Below, piece after piece: positions 1 through 9,510 of a stretch of 20,000 bases of DNA. The DNA is from an uncultured virus (IMG/VR IMGVR_UViG_3300036715_001160) (lineage: Duplodnaviria > Heunggongvirae > Uroviricota > Caudoviricetes): IMG/VR virus record IMGVR_UViG_3300036715_001160. One strand, written 5' to 3'. The translations under genes and the position numbers were made by a program. Within the stretch, counting starts at the first letter, position 1. Every line of letters begins with the position of its first letter. The notes under the pieces are model-generated. The model saw nothing but the letters and a program-made list of their open reading frames with translations. It was not told the DNA's origin and searched no databases.

Positions 1-2445
1 TCTATCTTTTTCTCCTCTAATGTCTTCTGAATCTCTTTTAAGTTTTTCATCTTGAGCTTTTGCTTGTAATGCTTGATCTTGCATATCTTGTTGATGTTTC
101 ATTTCTGCATCTTTCTGTGCTTTAACTTTTTGCTCAGAATCTTTAAGTACACTGTTTAATTCAGATATACTTTCTGATTGCATTAATCTTCCTAAGTCAT
201 ATATTGAAGCTCCCGTAGTGTTATTAGTTATGGCCATATTTTTTAATTGCTCTAATACTGCTCTATAGTTAGCTTTAGTAGTTGCAAATATATTAAGATC
301 TCTCATTAATAAATCTGTACCATTAATCTGGAAGTTTACTTTTTCATCTGCAGAAGTCATATATGATAACCTAGCAGAAGGTTTAGTAGATTGATAAAAC
401 TGTGCAAGATCTGTTCTCATCTGATGTACTCTTGGCATTAAGTAATCTGAGTGTTGTATGAAGTACATTTCTGTTTGAGCATAAGATGATCCAACTGCTT
501 GTTCTACACCTGTTGCAGTTTGTTGAGATAACTGCTGACCCATTCTTTGTGGATTAATACCTATAACTTCATATGCTTGTTGTTTCATATATGTAGCTAA
601 TTGTATTCTTGACATTAACCTATTAGTCTGTTCTAAGTCTAATTTCTGAAAGTGTTGGAAGTTAAGAGCATTCTCTGTATTAGTAATACTGGTATCTAAA
701 GGCAGCATCTGAAAATTCTTCATTGCTACATAAGCTTTAGCTAAATTGTTTTTACCCCAGTCTTCACCCATAGAGTGTCTTGGTAATGCATTCTGATCTA
801 ATAAAATAACTGTACCTAACTCATCTACTAAAATATCTGCTATTTGGTTATTAACAATATTATATCCTATTTGAAAAGGTTTCATTAAATCTATTAATGC
901 AGTTGACTTAGTATTTCTATCTGAGAATACTGCACCTTCTACTGGTAGTTTACATCCGTATAAACTATTATCACCTTTAAATTGAAATCTAAGTGGTCCT
1001 ATGTTTTGTTTATCAACACCAATATATATAGGAGTAAATCCACCAGGGTTATTCATACCCCAAAAAGAAGGAATGTTTGGTCCAATTTTAATACCACCCC
1101 ATACCTCATTAATCCAAATCCAGTCTATATGCTCACCATATACAATATTGTCTTTAGTTTTATTTTTAAAGAGTCTTGTATCATACACGGGTGAGTCTGT
1201 TACTTTATAGTCTTCAGTAATAATTTCTGTAATTACTTCACCTGAGTCAGTAACTTTAGTTAAGTGACCTACTTTTCTTTGAGATTTCCAGTATGCTGTA
1301 GTACAACGTAATAAATATGCAGTACCTTGATCATAATAATCTTCTCCTTCTCTAAGTATTTGGTTAACAATATCACCACTGTTAAATTCATTATTAGCTG
1401 CAGCAGTAGAATATTGTCTCATTCCTAATGAAGGCATGTTAGTATTCCATTCATGTGATTTAGTAGCATCATAAAATGATCCGTCATTCTGCACACCTCC
1501 AATGTTATATCCTGCTGATCTGATAGGATAAATAGCTTCTAATGATGCCATCTGATCTTCATTCATCATATATCCATATTTGTCAATAACATCAGCTACA
1601 GTTAACATGTCTGTTTTACCAACCCAATTAGATTGTGATATATATCTTGCATCAGGAGACTTGTGATAAAATGTAAGTACAGGATTCCATAATTCTACAT
1701 CATAATCATCTTCCATCATACGCATGTGCCAGAACTCTCTATCTGTAATAAGCATATCTCTGAATCCTCTTTCTTCTAACTCATCTATTCTAAATCTTTC
1801 AGTATCAACTTCATGTTGATGAGAAGCCCATTGTTCTACTATAGATCTATAATCTTTTTTAAAGAATTGTTCTATTTCAGGTAATGTTTTAAGTTTTTCT
1901 GGATTTAATTGTTCTTGTGCTTCTGGAGATTCTGGATTAAGACCTTGTTCTACTAATGCAGATGTTATCTTCATCTGTGCATCTTGCATTAATGTGTCTT
2001 CTACCATCTGTCTTTTTTGCTCCATCATTTCATTATATGATCCTTCATCAACAGCACGGTATGTTAACTTACTTGATCTTTTAGCAAACTCAGCTACAAG
2101 AACATTAATTACATTGGGTATAATTGGATAAAATTTAAGTTCAAGTGCAGAAGAATCTTCTTTAGTAAGAGTCTCAATTATATCTCTATAATCATTATCT
2201 TCCTCTACAATGTAGTCAGACTTATCAATAACACCTTTAGCTAACTTATAGTTTTTCATTAACCTACGGGCATTTCTCTTAATCTGTTTAAGACCATTCC
2301 ACTCTAACCAGTCAAGATTCCAAGCTGCCCACTTATCATCTTTTTCTACTTTAGGAATAAACTGTAAAGGTTGAGTTATACTACCTAACCTGTTATGTTC
2401 TGTCTTTGCACCATTCTTAATTTGTAAAGCGTTATATACTTGCAT
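1..2445 (-). CDS. Portal protein, crAss-like (C-terminus runs off the window)
   Basis: Not in the ORF track because it has no stop in the window. ATG at 2445 (MQVYNALQIKNGAKTEHNRLGSITQPLQFIP...LKFYPIIPNVINVLVAEFAKR...RDMLITDREFWH); the frame appears open to base 1 (815 codons). Lies 6 nt downstream of TerL, matching the TerL-portal order of crAss-like phages. Confidence 0.85.
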   Translation of the reverse strand, partial: MQVYNALQIKNGAKTEHNRLGSITQPLQFIPKVEKDDKWAAWNLDWLEWNGLKQIKRNARRLMKNYKLAKGVIDKSDYIVEEDNDYRDIIETLTKEDSSALELKFYPIIPNVINVLVAEFAKRSSKLTYRAVDEGSYNEMMEQKRQMVEDTLMQDAQMKITSALVEQGLNPESPEAQEQLNPEKLKTLPEIEQFFKKDYRSIVEQWASHQHEVDTERFRIDELEERGFRDMLITDREFWHMRMMEDDYDVELWNPVLTFYHKSPDARYISQSNWVGKTDMLTVADVIDKYGYMMNEDQMASLEAIYPIRSAGYNIGGVQNDGSFYDATKSHEWNTNMPSLGMRQYSTAAANNEFNSGDIVNQILREGEDYYDQGTAYLLRCTTAYWKSQRKVGHLTKVTDSGEVITEIITEDYKVTDSPVYDTRLFKNKTKDNIVYGEHIDWIWINEVWGGIKIGPNIPSFWGMNNPGGFTPIYIGVDKQNIGPLRFQFKGDNSLYGCKLPVEGAVFSDRNTKSTALIDLMKPFQIGYNIVNNQIADILVDELGTVILLDQNALPRHSMGEDWGKNNLAKAYVAMKNFQMLPLDTSITNTENALNFQHFQKLDLEQTNRLMSRIQLATYMKQQAYEVIGINPQRMGQQLSQQTATGVEQAVGSSYAQTEMYFIQHSDYLMPRVHQMRTDLAQFYQSTKPSARLSYMTSADEKVNFQINGTDLLMRDLNIFATTKANYRAVLEQLKNMAITNNTTGASIYDLGRLMQSESISELNSVLKDSEQKVKAQKDAEMKHQQDMQDQALQAKAQDEKLKRDSEDIRGEKDR

Positions 2446-2451
2446 ATTTTT

Positions 2452-4656
2452 TTATTTTAAATTTTTAAATGGTGATCTGTTAAATTTTTGATTTTCACCT
2501 AATCCACTTCTACCCATATGTCTAAAAGGACTACTCTTTAAGGTATACAAATTTTTTGAATTTTCCAATTTTTTACTTGCCTCATCTCTCACAATTCTTT
2601 TTGTGTAACCCATATTGGCTTGTTGAATTTTAAGAAATGAAACTAATGCAGCAAAAGCTACTAACCTATCCACGTTGAGTCCATCTTGATAAGCCTGCAT
2701 TTCTTTCATTAACATTATATCCGGTATTCTTTCTACACCATAATGTATTTTTACAGTAGTACCATCATCTTTCTGTATATGATCTATCTCTTCAGTTAAA
2801 AAATCTTGAGTATAACTGATCATATGATTCTTGAATAGCACACCTGTATTTCTCCATCCGTATTCCTGGAATACATTTGCATTAGATCCTAAATCTTTTA
2901 AGAATACTATTTTGTTTCTTGGTACAAGATATCTTTGTTTCTTTCTTGATATCATGTGATTTATAAATTGAGATATGTTATTCTCTACTATAGTCCATGC
3001 ATTATACCATTCTATTATTAACTCTAATCTCTCATGTGTTTTATTAATATCATCAAATCTTCCGCACCATGCTGCTACAATTTTATCTCTTTCTATAAAT
3101 GTCTCAGCCTCACCATTAGTAACCTTAGTTACTTCAACTGGAGCTTTCATTATATATATGGAACATAGTGAGTCTGAGGTAGTTGTCTTTCCCTCTGCAA
3201 CAGGGTCAATACTACCATAGTACATTCCAAATGTAGGATCTGGTACCGGTCTTTCCCATACTACTAATGTACCTGTTTTATCTTCTGTCTTTTTAGATAT
3301 AGGAAACTCTGCTATTGGTAATTTATTAGTAGCTTTTACTTTTACTTTACCAGTTTCATCTCTAGATATATCAAGAAACTCTGAAGAGTATTCTTTTTCT
3401 TCTATTCTTTTTATCTGAGCATTTACAAGATGAGGTGGGAACTTAGCCTCTTTTCTAAATGCAAATGCCTCTTCTATATTTCTTGGATGTTGAGATACCT
3501 CAAGTTGATAATCTTTAGGTTCTTTATTTTTCTTGATTTCTTCAAAATATTCATCTAAAGCAATTAATGCTTCTTGGACAAGTGAATTACCATAGATATC
3601 TATATAAGGAGGCATAGACCATTGTTCAGGTATAAATAATCCTGATTCTCCCCATGTATTATCTTTATCTATTAGATTAGTTTTAACTGGATATATATCA
3701 TTACTGATTGGATCAAGTATCATTTTTTTTAAAGGACCACATTGATCAAGATCTCCTACTGATCCTGCAGCAATAAATAATCCTGTAGTAATCATACCAG
3801 ACTTAAGTGCTGGTTTAATATATCCAAAGGTTGTATCCATCTTGGGAGCAATTCCTGCTTCCTCATGAAAAAAGAATTTTACCGGACCCCCTACACCATT
3901 TGTTGGATCTTTTTCAAAAGACATACCTTGCATAGTACCTTTAAGTCCTATTTCAGCTTTTCTATCTCCTTTTCTTATCTCAATTTTTTGTTGCCACATC
4001 ATTATTTTATCTGGAGACATAGGTCTATACCATGCAGTATGTTCATTTAAGAATGCTGCATACTCAGATAAAAACTTCCATGTACCTTTCTCATTGATAT
4101 AATCTTTAAGTGATGCACCCATTTTTAATGTGACCCCTGCTTCAAACCATAACTGATTAATGAGTTTACCTGCATGAAAATATGAACTAGCTATCTGTCT
4201 TTTTTTAAGAATAGCTACGTGCATGTAGTTTATTTCTGCAAGTATCTCATATAAAGCCATATGATATTGTGCATCTCTTATCTTAGCAAATCCAAATTTT
4301 TGTTCTTCCTTATCAAAAATAGGTAAGAAGTTTAACCACATATAATAATCTCTTGTAAGGAACCAGGTTTTAGGTCCTGATTTAATTATCATACCTAATC
4401 TGCATTTAGCTTTTTGGTCTTCCCAATAGTTAATAAAATCTTTAGATTTAAATGGAGCTACACAATATACTTTTTCTATATTAAATCTTGTTGACTCAGA
4501 TATAAATACTTTATTACTGACATCATCAAAATCATATTCACCAGGCTCTTTAAATAATGCAAACACAAACTCACCAAATTCTTTTCTTGTACCAAAAGAT
4601 GTAGTAGTCCATGTTCCATTATCCCAGGTGGGAATATCCGTGTACATATTTTCCAT
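2452..4656 (-). CDS. terL: Terminase large subunit
   Basis: 734 aa. ATPase motifs LKKRQIASSY (Walker A-like) and FFHEEAG (Walker B); RNase H-like nuclease motifs GSIDPV, IVENN, DRLVAF; adjacent to portal. Confidence 0.93.
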   Translation of the reverse strand: MENMYTDIPTWDNGTWTTTSFGTRKEFGEFVFALFKEPGEYDFDDVSNKVFISESTRFNIEKVYCVAPFKSKDFINYWEDQKAKCRLGMIIKSGPKTWFLTRDYYMWLNFLPIFDKEEQKFGFAKIRDAQYHMALYEILAEINYMHVAILKKRQIASSYFHAGKLINQLWFEAGVTLKMGASLKDYINEKGTWKFLSEYAAFLNEHTAWYRPMSPDKIMMWQQKIEIRKGDRKAEIGLKGTMQGMSFEKDPTNGVGGPVKFFFHEEAGIAPKMDTTFGYIKPALKSGMITTGLFIAAGSVGDLDQCGPLKKMILDPISNDIYPVKTNLIDKDNTWGESGLFIPEQWSMPPYIDIYGNSLVQEALIALDEYFEEIKKNKEPKDYQLEVSQHPRNIEEAFAFRKEAKFPPHLVNAQIKRIEEKEYSSEFLDISRDETGKVKVKATNKLPIAEFPISKKTEDKTGTLVVWERPVPDPTFGMYYGSIDPVAEGKTTTSDSLCSIYIMKAPVEVTKVTNGEAETFIERDKIVAAWCGRFDDINKTHERLELIIEWYNAWTIVENNISQFINHMISRKKQRYLVPRNKIVFLKDLGSNANVFQEYGWRNTGVLFKNHMISYTQDFLTEEIDHIQKDDGTTVKIHYGVERIPDIMLMKEMQAYQDGLNVDRLVAFAALVSFLKIQQANMGYTKRIVRDEASKKLENSKNLYTLKSSPFRHMGRSGLGENQKFNRSPFKNLK

Positions 4657-4658
4657 AA

Positions 4659-5174
4659 TTAACTATCATAAGATAAACCAATTCCTCCTCTAACTTTACT
4701 AGATTGTTCTTCCTGTAAATCTTTATATACTCCCTTAAAAGAAGCTCTAATAAGATCAAAGTTCTTTGCTGCAGCAACTAATGAATTTATATTACCATCT
4801 CTTCCTGCAGTAATTGGAGTAGTCTCCATATATCTAGCTAATCTATCTAACATAGATGCCATACCTTTATATGCTCTATATGTAGGAGTCTCATATAATC
4901 TTTGGCAGAATACTAATGCTTGATATATTGTTTTATCCTCAGTAGAAAATTCAGCTTTTATCTCAGCTAGAATTAAATCTTCTTTATCTATCTCTGGTGT
5001 GTGAAAGAATGGATTCATATCAGGATTAGGACATGTCATATAAAACAAGTACTGATATATCTTAATGTAGTTTTCCGGATATTCATCCATAACATCCTTA
5101 AGTGCATGTAGGGTATAACAATGTTCAGTTGGTATTACTACATTATTTTGTACATCAAATAGTTTTATTAACAT
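4659..5174 (-). CDS. Hypothetical protein directly upstream of terL; candidate terminase small subunit
   Basis: 171 aa, helical with C-terminal coiled-coil-like segment, 2 nt from the terL start. The TerS call is positional only. Confidence 0.45.
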   Translation of the reverse strand: MLIKLFDVQNNVVIPTEHCYTLHALKDVMDEYPENYIKIYQYLFYMTCPNPDMNPFFHTPEIDKEDLILAEIKAEFSTEDKTIYQALVFCQRLYETPTYRAYKGMASMLDRLARYMETTPITAGRDGNINSLVAAAKNFDLIRASFKGVYKDLQEEQSSKVRGGIGLSYDS

Positions 5175-5175
5175 G

Positions 5176-5469
5176 TTAAAAAGGATTTATTACTTTTGGT
5201 TTAGACTTTATATTAAATAGTTTTTTAAAGCCATCTATAAATCCAGTAGCAAGATATGGATTAAGAAATAAATGATCATTGTTAACTACAACATATCCTT
5301 TTAAATACTCTTCTTCAATTTCTGAATAGTTTTTACTTATTTTTTGATTAGGTTTAATCTTTACAAGTATTTTACCTTTATATCTAAATAATACTAAACC
5401 TGAATAACCTAATATAACTGTTCTACCTGGGTAGTTCTTGTCATAATTTCTTACTTCATAAAATTTCAT
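5176..5469 (-). CDS. Hypothetical protein
   Basis: 97 aa, tightly packed (1-2 nt gaps) in the operon, A-rich start context. Confidence 0.7.
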   Translation of the reverse strand: MKFYEVRNYDKNYPGRTVILGYSGLVLFRYKGKILVKIKPNQKISKNYSEIEEEYLKGYVVVNNDHLFLNPYLATGFIDGFKKLFNIKSKPKVINPF

Positions 5470-5471
5470 AA

Positions 5472-6278
5472 TTATAAATTTTTAATTATAGCAATTACTT
5501 CTTCTTTTAAATATGGTATCTCCATTGGTATTACTTGTTTAATTTCTGGATCTCCTTGATCAGTATATTTAGTAATAGGATATCCCCATTCATCTACTCC
5601 ATCTAAGTCAAATGTAACATGATGTATAAACAATTTACCCGGTTTTAATTTTGGGTTATGCTTTAACATAATATACATATATATACTTAATTGTAGTGCA
5701 TAGTGGTTAAAATTACAATCATCCAAATGTGATACAGGTTCCTGTAATTTGTCACTAATCCCATCCCAATCCTTATATGATTCAACATCAATCTTCTTAT
5801 TTGTCTTGTAATCAATGATATTTATCCTATCATTAACTACTTCTACTAAATCTGATTGACCACATATACCTGCAGACTTTAAATAAACCATATGTTCAGG
5901 ATATACACCTTGTTCTAATTTCTGAGAAGGAGCATACTTTAAATTGTTTACTTCAGGTACCGGAGTTATGATTGGTATTATCACACCATCTACTTCCAAT
6001 GAAGATAGACTGCATAGATCTGATTCTCTTTGATTATGATAAAAGGTCCCTAATGATGTAGCTCTTAGTGCTTCACTATCCCAGATTTGAAGTATTTTTT
6101 CTGGTGCTATACCAAACCATTTTGATTTTTTTTGTTTAGAGCATCTAGCAGCTACTTTAACTTTATCAAATGGCTTTTTTAATTTTGATATAAGACTTGT
6201 TACACTAGTCCATTTGATAGATTCTTCACCTTCAGTACTAGTATAACTATGGTCATCTGCTTTAAATACTATACTCAT
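5472..6278 (-). CDS. PD-(D/E)XK nuclease superfamily protein (RecB/Cas4-like exonuclease)
   Basis: 268 aa. LGTFYH...PEHMVY...GICGQSDLV...IIDYKT and HYALQLSIY motifs typical of phage PD-(D/E)XK nucleases. Confidence 0.85.
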   Translation of the reverse strand: MSIVFKADDHSYTSTEGEESIKWTSVTSLISKLKKPFDKVKVAARCSKQKKSKWFGIAPEKILQIWDSEALRATSLGTFYHNQRESDLCSLSSLEVDGVIIPIITPVPEVNNLKYAPSQKLEQGVYPEHMVYLKSAGICGQSDLVEVVNDRINIIDYKTNKKIDVESYKDWDGISDKLQEPVSHLDDCNFNHYALQLSIYMYIMLKHNPKLKPGKLFIHHVTFDLDGVDEWGYPITKYTDQGDPEIKQVIPMEIPYLKEEVIAIIKNL

Positions 6279-6280
6279 CT

Positions 6281-6580
6281 TTATAATTTTTCTAGTTTAT
6301 CTTCATCTTCTTCTGTAATAACTGCTTTCCATCTTAAGTCTGGACAGTCTGATGATAATGATCTTGTTTTAAATGTAAGTGAACATCCACATAAATTACA
6401 ACATGGTTGCGTCCCTGGCATTACACATGATGAACCTTTAGTATCTTTTCTTATACATACATTACATAACTCCATTCTATCTGCTGAAATCTTTTCTACA
6501 AAGGCATCTCTTATTACAGAGTTCTTAATACCTTCCATAATCTGTTTTCTATTGTTCCAAATTTCCTTTAGCTTTACCAT
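6281..6580 (-). CDS. Cys-rich putative zinc-binding protein
   Basis: 99 aa with CNVC...SC...PCCNLCGC...CPDLRW pattern. Confidence 0.7.
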   Translation of the reverse strand: MVKLKEIWNNRKQIMEGIKNSVIRDAFVEKISADRMELCNVCIRKDTKGSSCVMPGTQPCCNLCGCSLTFKTRSLSSDCPDLRWKAVITEEDEDKLEKL

Positions 6581-6938
6581 CTGCTTTATCCTTTAAAAAT
6601 TTATCTTTAATTTCTTTATCTGCTTTTAGCATTTTATCTGCTTTCTCTAATAATATAACTTTAGCTTCTATTCTTTTCTTATAGTTATAATTGGCCATAG
6701 TATCAGTATTTAGTGTTTCAATACTATTATGATACTTATCCAAGAGTGCAGTAACTAATCTAGGTTTAATTGACATGATTCCTAAACCATCTAAGTTTAT
6801 TCTGATATGATTTAACTCAGTTAGATTCTTTCTTATCTCTTTATAGTAGAAAGTCATGAAATTATCTACAAGTGTTTCTGAGACATTTAAATCTTCAGCA
6901 ACTTGTTTATATAGTATATTAGGTTTTTTTGGGATCAT
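6549..6938 (-). CDS. HU/IHF-like DNA-binding protein
   Basis: LYKQVAEDLNVSETLVDNFMTFYYKEIRKNL...INLDGLGIMSIK resembles the HU/IHF helix-helix-strand core; IHF-like genes are known near crAss-like capsid modules. Confidence 0.7.
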   Translation of the reverse strand: MIPKKPNILYKQVAEDLNVSETLVDNFMTFYYKEIRKNLTELNHIRINLDGLGIMSIKPRLVTALLDKYHNSIETLNTDTMANYNYKKRIEAKVILLEKADKMLKADKEIKDKFLKDKADGKAKGNLEQ

Positions 6939-7297
6939 CTTCCTAAAAATTTATAATCTAATAATATATCTCCTTCTGTTTGTACTTGCAAGATAGGATT
7001 TAATCTGATAAGTTTTTTATCTACATCATCTTTAATTACTAACATAGTCTTCATTGCTTTATTAATTGCATTTCTAACTGTTTGTGGAGACTTAAATATC
7101 ATCTGTTCATCAGAAGAAGCATCATAACAAAAATGAGTTAATTCAATAGGTCCTGACATGCTCAATAATGTTAAACAGTTTAAGTCAGAATCACTCACCA
7201 CTATATGATTAATATAGCAGTGAGATAATATCTGAAATTTAACAATTTCCCATTTAGGCATTACAGCACGTTTCTGTACTTGATTTACTAATGCCAT
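6935..7297 (-). CDS. Putative winged-HTH DNA-binding protein
   Basis: 120 aa. SPQTVRNAINKAMKTMLVIKD resembles a recognition helix plus wing; ATGA overlap with the next gene. Confidence 0.5.
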   Translation of the reverse strand: MALVNQVQKRAVMPKWEIVKFQILSHCYINHIVVSDSDLNCLTLLSMSGPIELTHFCYDASSDEQMIFKSPQTVRNAINKAMKTMLVIKDDVDKKLIRLNPILQVQTEGDILLDYKFLGR

Positions 7298-7303
7298 AAG
7301 TTC

Positions 7304-7579
7304 TTATTGAGTTTTAAGTTTTCTTTCTTGTTCTGGTGATGGTGCATTAATTTCTTCTTCACCTTCAGTAGGTGGGTTCATCATCATTGCAAGTTGATAG
7401 TTAATACTTGTTCTTTTGAATCTAGCCTCATCAATTTCACATAGTACTTTCTCATACTCTAGTTGTGCTGTTAAATAAGGAATTGATTCTGTGTAAAATT
7501 TAAGCATATCAGCCTTTCTTTCTGCTAATTCTTCTGCTGTTAACTCTACTTCTTCTTGATGTTGGTTTTCTGTACTCAT
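7304..7579 (-). CDS. Acidic coiled-coil hypothetical protein
   Basis: 91 aa, first gene after a TATATTTG promoter. Confidence 0.75.
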   Translation of the reverse strand: MSTENQHQEEVELTAEELAERKADMLKFYTESIPYLTAQLEYEKVLCEIDEARFKRTSINYQLAMMMNPPTEGEEEINAPSPEQERKLKTQ

Positions 7580-7602
7580 AATATATATTTTAAATGTTTA
7601 CA

Positions 7603-7610
7603 CAAATATA
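7603..7610 (-). promoter_or_regulatory. Bacteroidota-type sigma-A -7 promoter element (TATATTTG)
   Basis: Exact TAnnTTTG about 23 nt upstream of the 7579 ATG and just downstream of a terminator. Confidence 0.6.
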
Positions 7611-7639
7611 CAAAATAAGTTTAAACTTTTAGTATTTAA

Positions 7640-7673
7640 AATAAAAAACTCAGGTACGTTAATTACCTGAGTT
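7640..7673 (-). terminator. Intrinsic terminator ending the lysis transcript
   Basis: Perfect 10-bp stem AACTCAGGTA/TACCTGAGTT (7647-7673) followed by a T-rich tract on the minus strand. Confidence 0.8.
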
Positions 7674-7695
7674 CTATATTATATATGTGTAGTTA

Positions 7696-7854
7696 TTATC
7701 TATTTTTAATTGTAAAGTTTAATATGGTCAACATGTAAAAGCTTCTATCAATATCAAATTCAATAGTGAATAAGTCTAAAGCTCCAAGACGGATTCTTAC
7801 ACAGGCTTTATCCCATTGTTTATTTTTTATCTTCCAAGCATTTCTTAATTTCAT
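7696..7854 (-). CDS. Small hypothetical protein (52 aa), not in the ORF track
   Basis: MKLRNAWKIKNKQWDKACVRIRLGALDLFTIEFDIDRSFYMLTILNFTIKNR; ATGA overlap with the stop of 7851..8453; fills the gap up to the terminator. Confidence 0.7.
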   Translation of the reverse strand: MKLRNAWKIKNKQWDKACVRIRLGALDLFTIEFDIDRSFYMLTILNFTIKNR

Positions 7855-8453
7855 ACTATTACTAGATCTTTAGATTCTATTAGTGTATAAGTAAAGTGAT
7901 TACCGTGTATTTTTTCTGCTATTTTACAGATCTTCATAAACTCATCAAAGTCTCTTACTCTTTTAAATACTTGACATCCTTCTGACCAGTTTTCTACCCA
8001 TGTAGAATTTTGACCTGCTTTGTGGATATTAATACCAAACATACCATTATCTCTTATTACTTCATCAAATGTAAGATCTTTATTATGATCTCTAAAAATA
8101 GTTACAGTACCATTTCTTTGACATAAGGCTTCATATTTACCTTGATGTTTATCAATTGAATATACGCCTCTGTATTGTCCTGGAATAAGTTTTGCTGCAC
8201 CTTTTGGGTTATGATACTCCATTACACCTTTTTTACCTGGCTCAGTTGTATTCATCCATTCATGATATTTCCAAATACCTTTATCATCTTTATATGATAT
8301 TGTAATTAAATCATCAAATACATTAGTTACTTTTTTACCAGTAGAACTATTACGGACACCAACAATATTAACATCATAACCTTTATTTGCATTATCTTCA
8401 AACCATTTATAACCTTTTGAAATAACAGCATTTCTAATTTGACTTAATATCAT
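7851..8453 (-). CDS. YkuD/L,D-transpeptidase-like peptidoglycan enzyme, putative second endolysin
   Basis: 200 aa. GINIHKAG-x8-WSEGCQV matches the H...SxGC catalytic signature of the YkuD/Tlde1-like fold; PGQY motif; sits in the lysis region. Confidence 0.6.
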   Translation of the reverse strand: MILSQIRNAVISKGYKWFEDNANKGYDVNIVGVRNSSTGKKVTNVFDDLITISYKDDKGIWKYHEWMNTTEPGKKGVMEYHNPKGAAKLIPGQYRGVYSIDKHQGKYEALCQRNGTVTIFRDHNKDLTFDEVIRDNGMFGINIHKAGQNSTWVENWSEGCQVFKRVRDFDEFMKICKIAEKIHGNHFTYTLIESKDLVIV

Positions 8454-8761
8454 TTTGTACTTTTAAGGTGAAAACTAATTAGTTTACCAACTGTATCAGA
8501 TAACTCACCAATTTTAGCAGCCATATTCTTAATCTCTTGTTGAGTTGTTTCTGTGATCAACTGATATTTAAGTCTATGTTCTTGTTCAAGTAATTCTATT
8601 TTACCTTTTAATCTACCCTCCTCTTCTGTATGAGCATGATCATTAGTTTTAAGAACTTGTACATCTGCAATTATTGATGTGTGTGTTGTTTTTAAAAAGT
8701 ATCCTATAAGTGTTATTATAAAACCTATAACAAATAAACCTATTGTAAGTATTGAATCCAT
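8450..8761 (-). CDS. Single-TM coiled-coil membrane protein (holin/XhlA-like or i-spanin-like)
   Basis: N-terminal hydrophobic helix ILTIGLFVIGFIITLIGYFL followed by a heptad-rich region; overlaps the putative endolysin start. Confidence 0.55.
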   Translation of the reverse strand: MDSILTIGLFVIGFIITLIGYFLKTTHTSIIADVQVLKTNDHAHTEEEGRLKGKIELLEQEHRLKYQLITETTQQEIKNMAAKIGELSDTVGKLISFHLKSTK

Positions 8762-8782
8762 GGTAATAAAAATAAAAAATAA

Positions 8783-8799
8783 TATATATTCTAATATAG
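8783..8799 (-). promoter_or_regulatory. Putative phage late promoter CTATATTA-GAA-TATATA
   Basis: One of three STATATTAnnnTATATA copies, each 14-22 nt upstream of a late-gene start. Confidence 0.5.
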
Positions 8800-8834
8800 T
8801 AATATTTTACTAGATACAGTGCACCTTTTTAAAA

Positions 8835-9047
8835 TTAATTTGTTGATTCCACGGTTAACTGTGATAATGTGGCAGTTACAGTTCCAGCTAATAATAAATA
8901 TCCACTAGCTGATACCAATAATGCAGGTAATGCTACAGGAGAAGCAATAATAATTCCTCCTATTGTTCCTGCTATGATACCAATTTTTTGCATTTTTTTC
9001 CAAAATGTTGGTGTCTTAGTGTTCCATCTTTGTTGTAAATTTTTCAT
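8835..9047 (-). CDS. Holin-like protein with two TM helices
   Basis: 70 aa. Basic N-terminus with KTPTFWKK, two hydrophobic helices, immediately after the lysozyme. Confidence 0.7.
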   Translation of the reverse strand: MKNLQQRWNTKTPTFWKKMQKIGIIAGTIGGIIIASPVALPALLVSASGYLLLAGTVTATLSQLTVESTN

Positions 9048-9051
9048 AATC

Positions 9052-9498
9052 TTATTTTTTAATGTATAAATCTGCTTCTTTTCTTCTTCTTTTTAATAAT
9101 CCAGGAAGTAACTTTCCACCTCCTGTAACATAATGGTTTATCCACCAATCATAGATAACCTCATCAGTAGCCTTTTGATTAATTAATCTAAATAAAGCTT
9201 CTGAACTACCACAATTCCAGCAAAAAGATACTAGTGCATCAAATTGGTTTTGGTTTAAAATAACCTTTATATTCCTATCTACAGTAGCTTCATACTTAGG
9301 AAGCAACTCTAAAAATAATTCATTAGCTCTTTCTTGAGTAATCTTATCACCTAATTTAAATTTGCTGCCATCTTTCCTAGCTGTGTTTCCATACCCAATA
9401 GTTATTGGTAATCCACCAGTTCCAGGATCAACATAAGCTTTTAACTTACATCCTTCAAATCCCTTAATTAGGTCTATGCCTTGTTGTGAAGTTTTCAT
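9052..9498 (-). CDS. Endolysin, GH24 phage lysozyme
   Basis: LIKGFEGCKLKAYVDP...TIGYGNT (E-x8-D...T triad), NQNQFDALVSFCWN, LPGLLKRRRKEA. Confidence 0.95.
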   Translation of the reverse strand: MKTSQQGIDLIKGFEGCKLKAYVDPGTGGLPITIGYGNTARKDGSKFKLGDKITQERANELFLELLPKYEATVDRNIKVILNQNQFDALVSFCWNCGSSEALFRLINQKATDEVIYDWWINHYVTGGGKLLPGLLKRRRKEADLYIKK

Positions 9499-9510
9499 AA
9501 ATTATAATAC

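Noticed and set aside
2452..4656. Intein or self-splicing intron in terL or portal
   Set aside because: Frames are continuous, length is ordinary for crAss-like TerL, and no intein splice or homing endonuclease motifs are visible.
5472..6278. Cas4 / CRISPR-associated call for the nuclease
   Set aside because: No four-Cys Fe-S cluster pattern and no array; generic phage PD-(D/E)XK nuclease.
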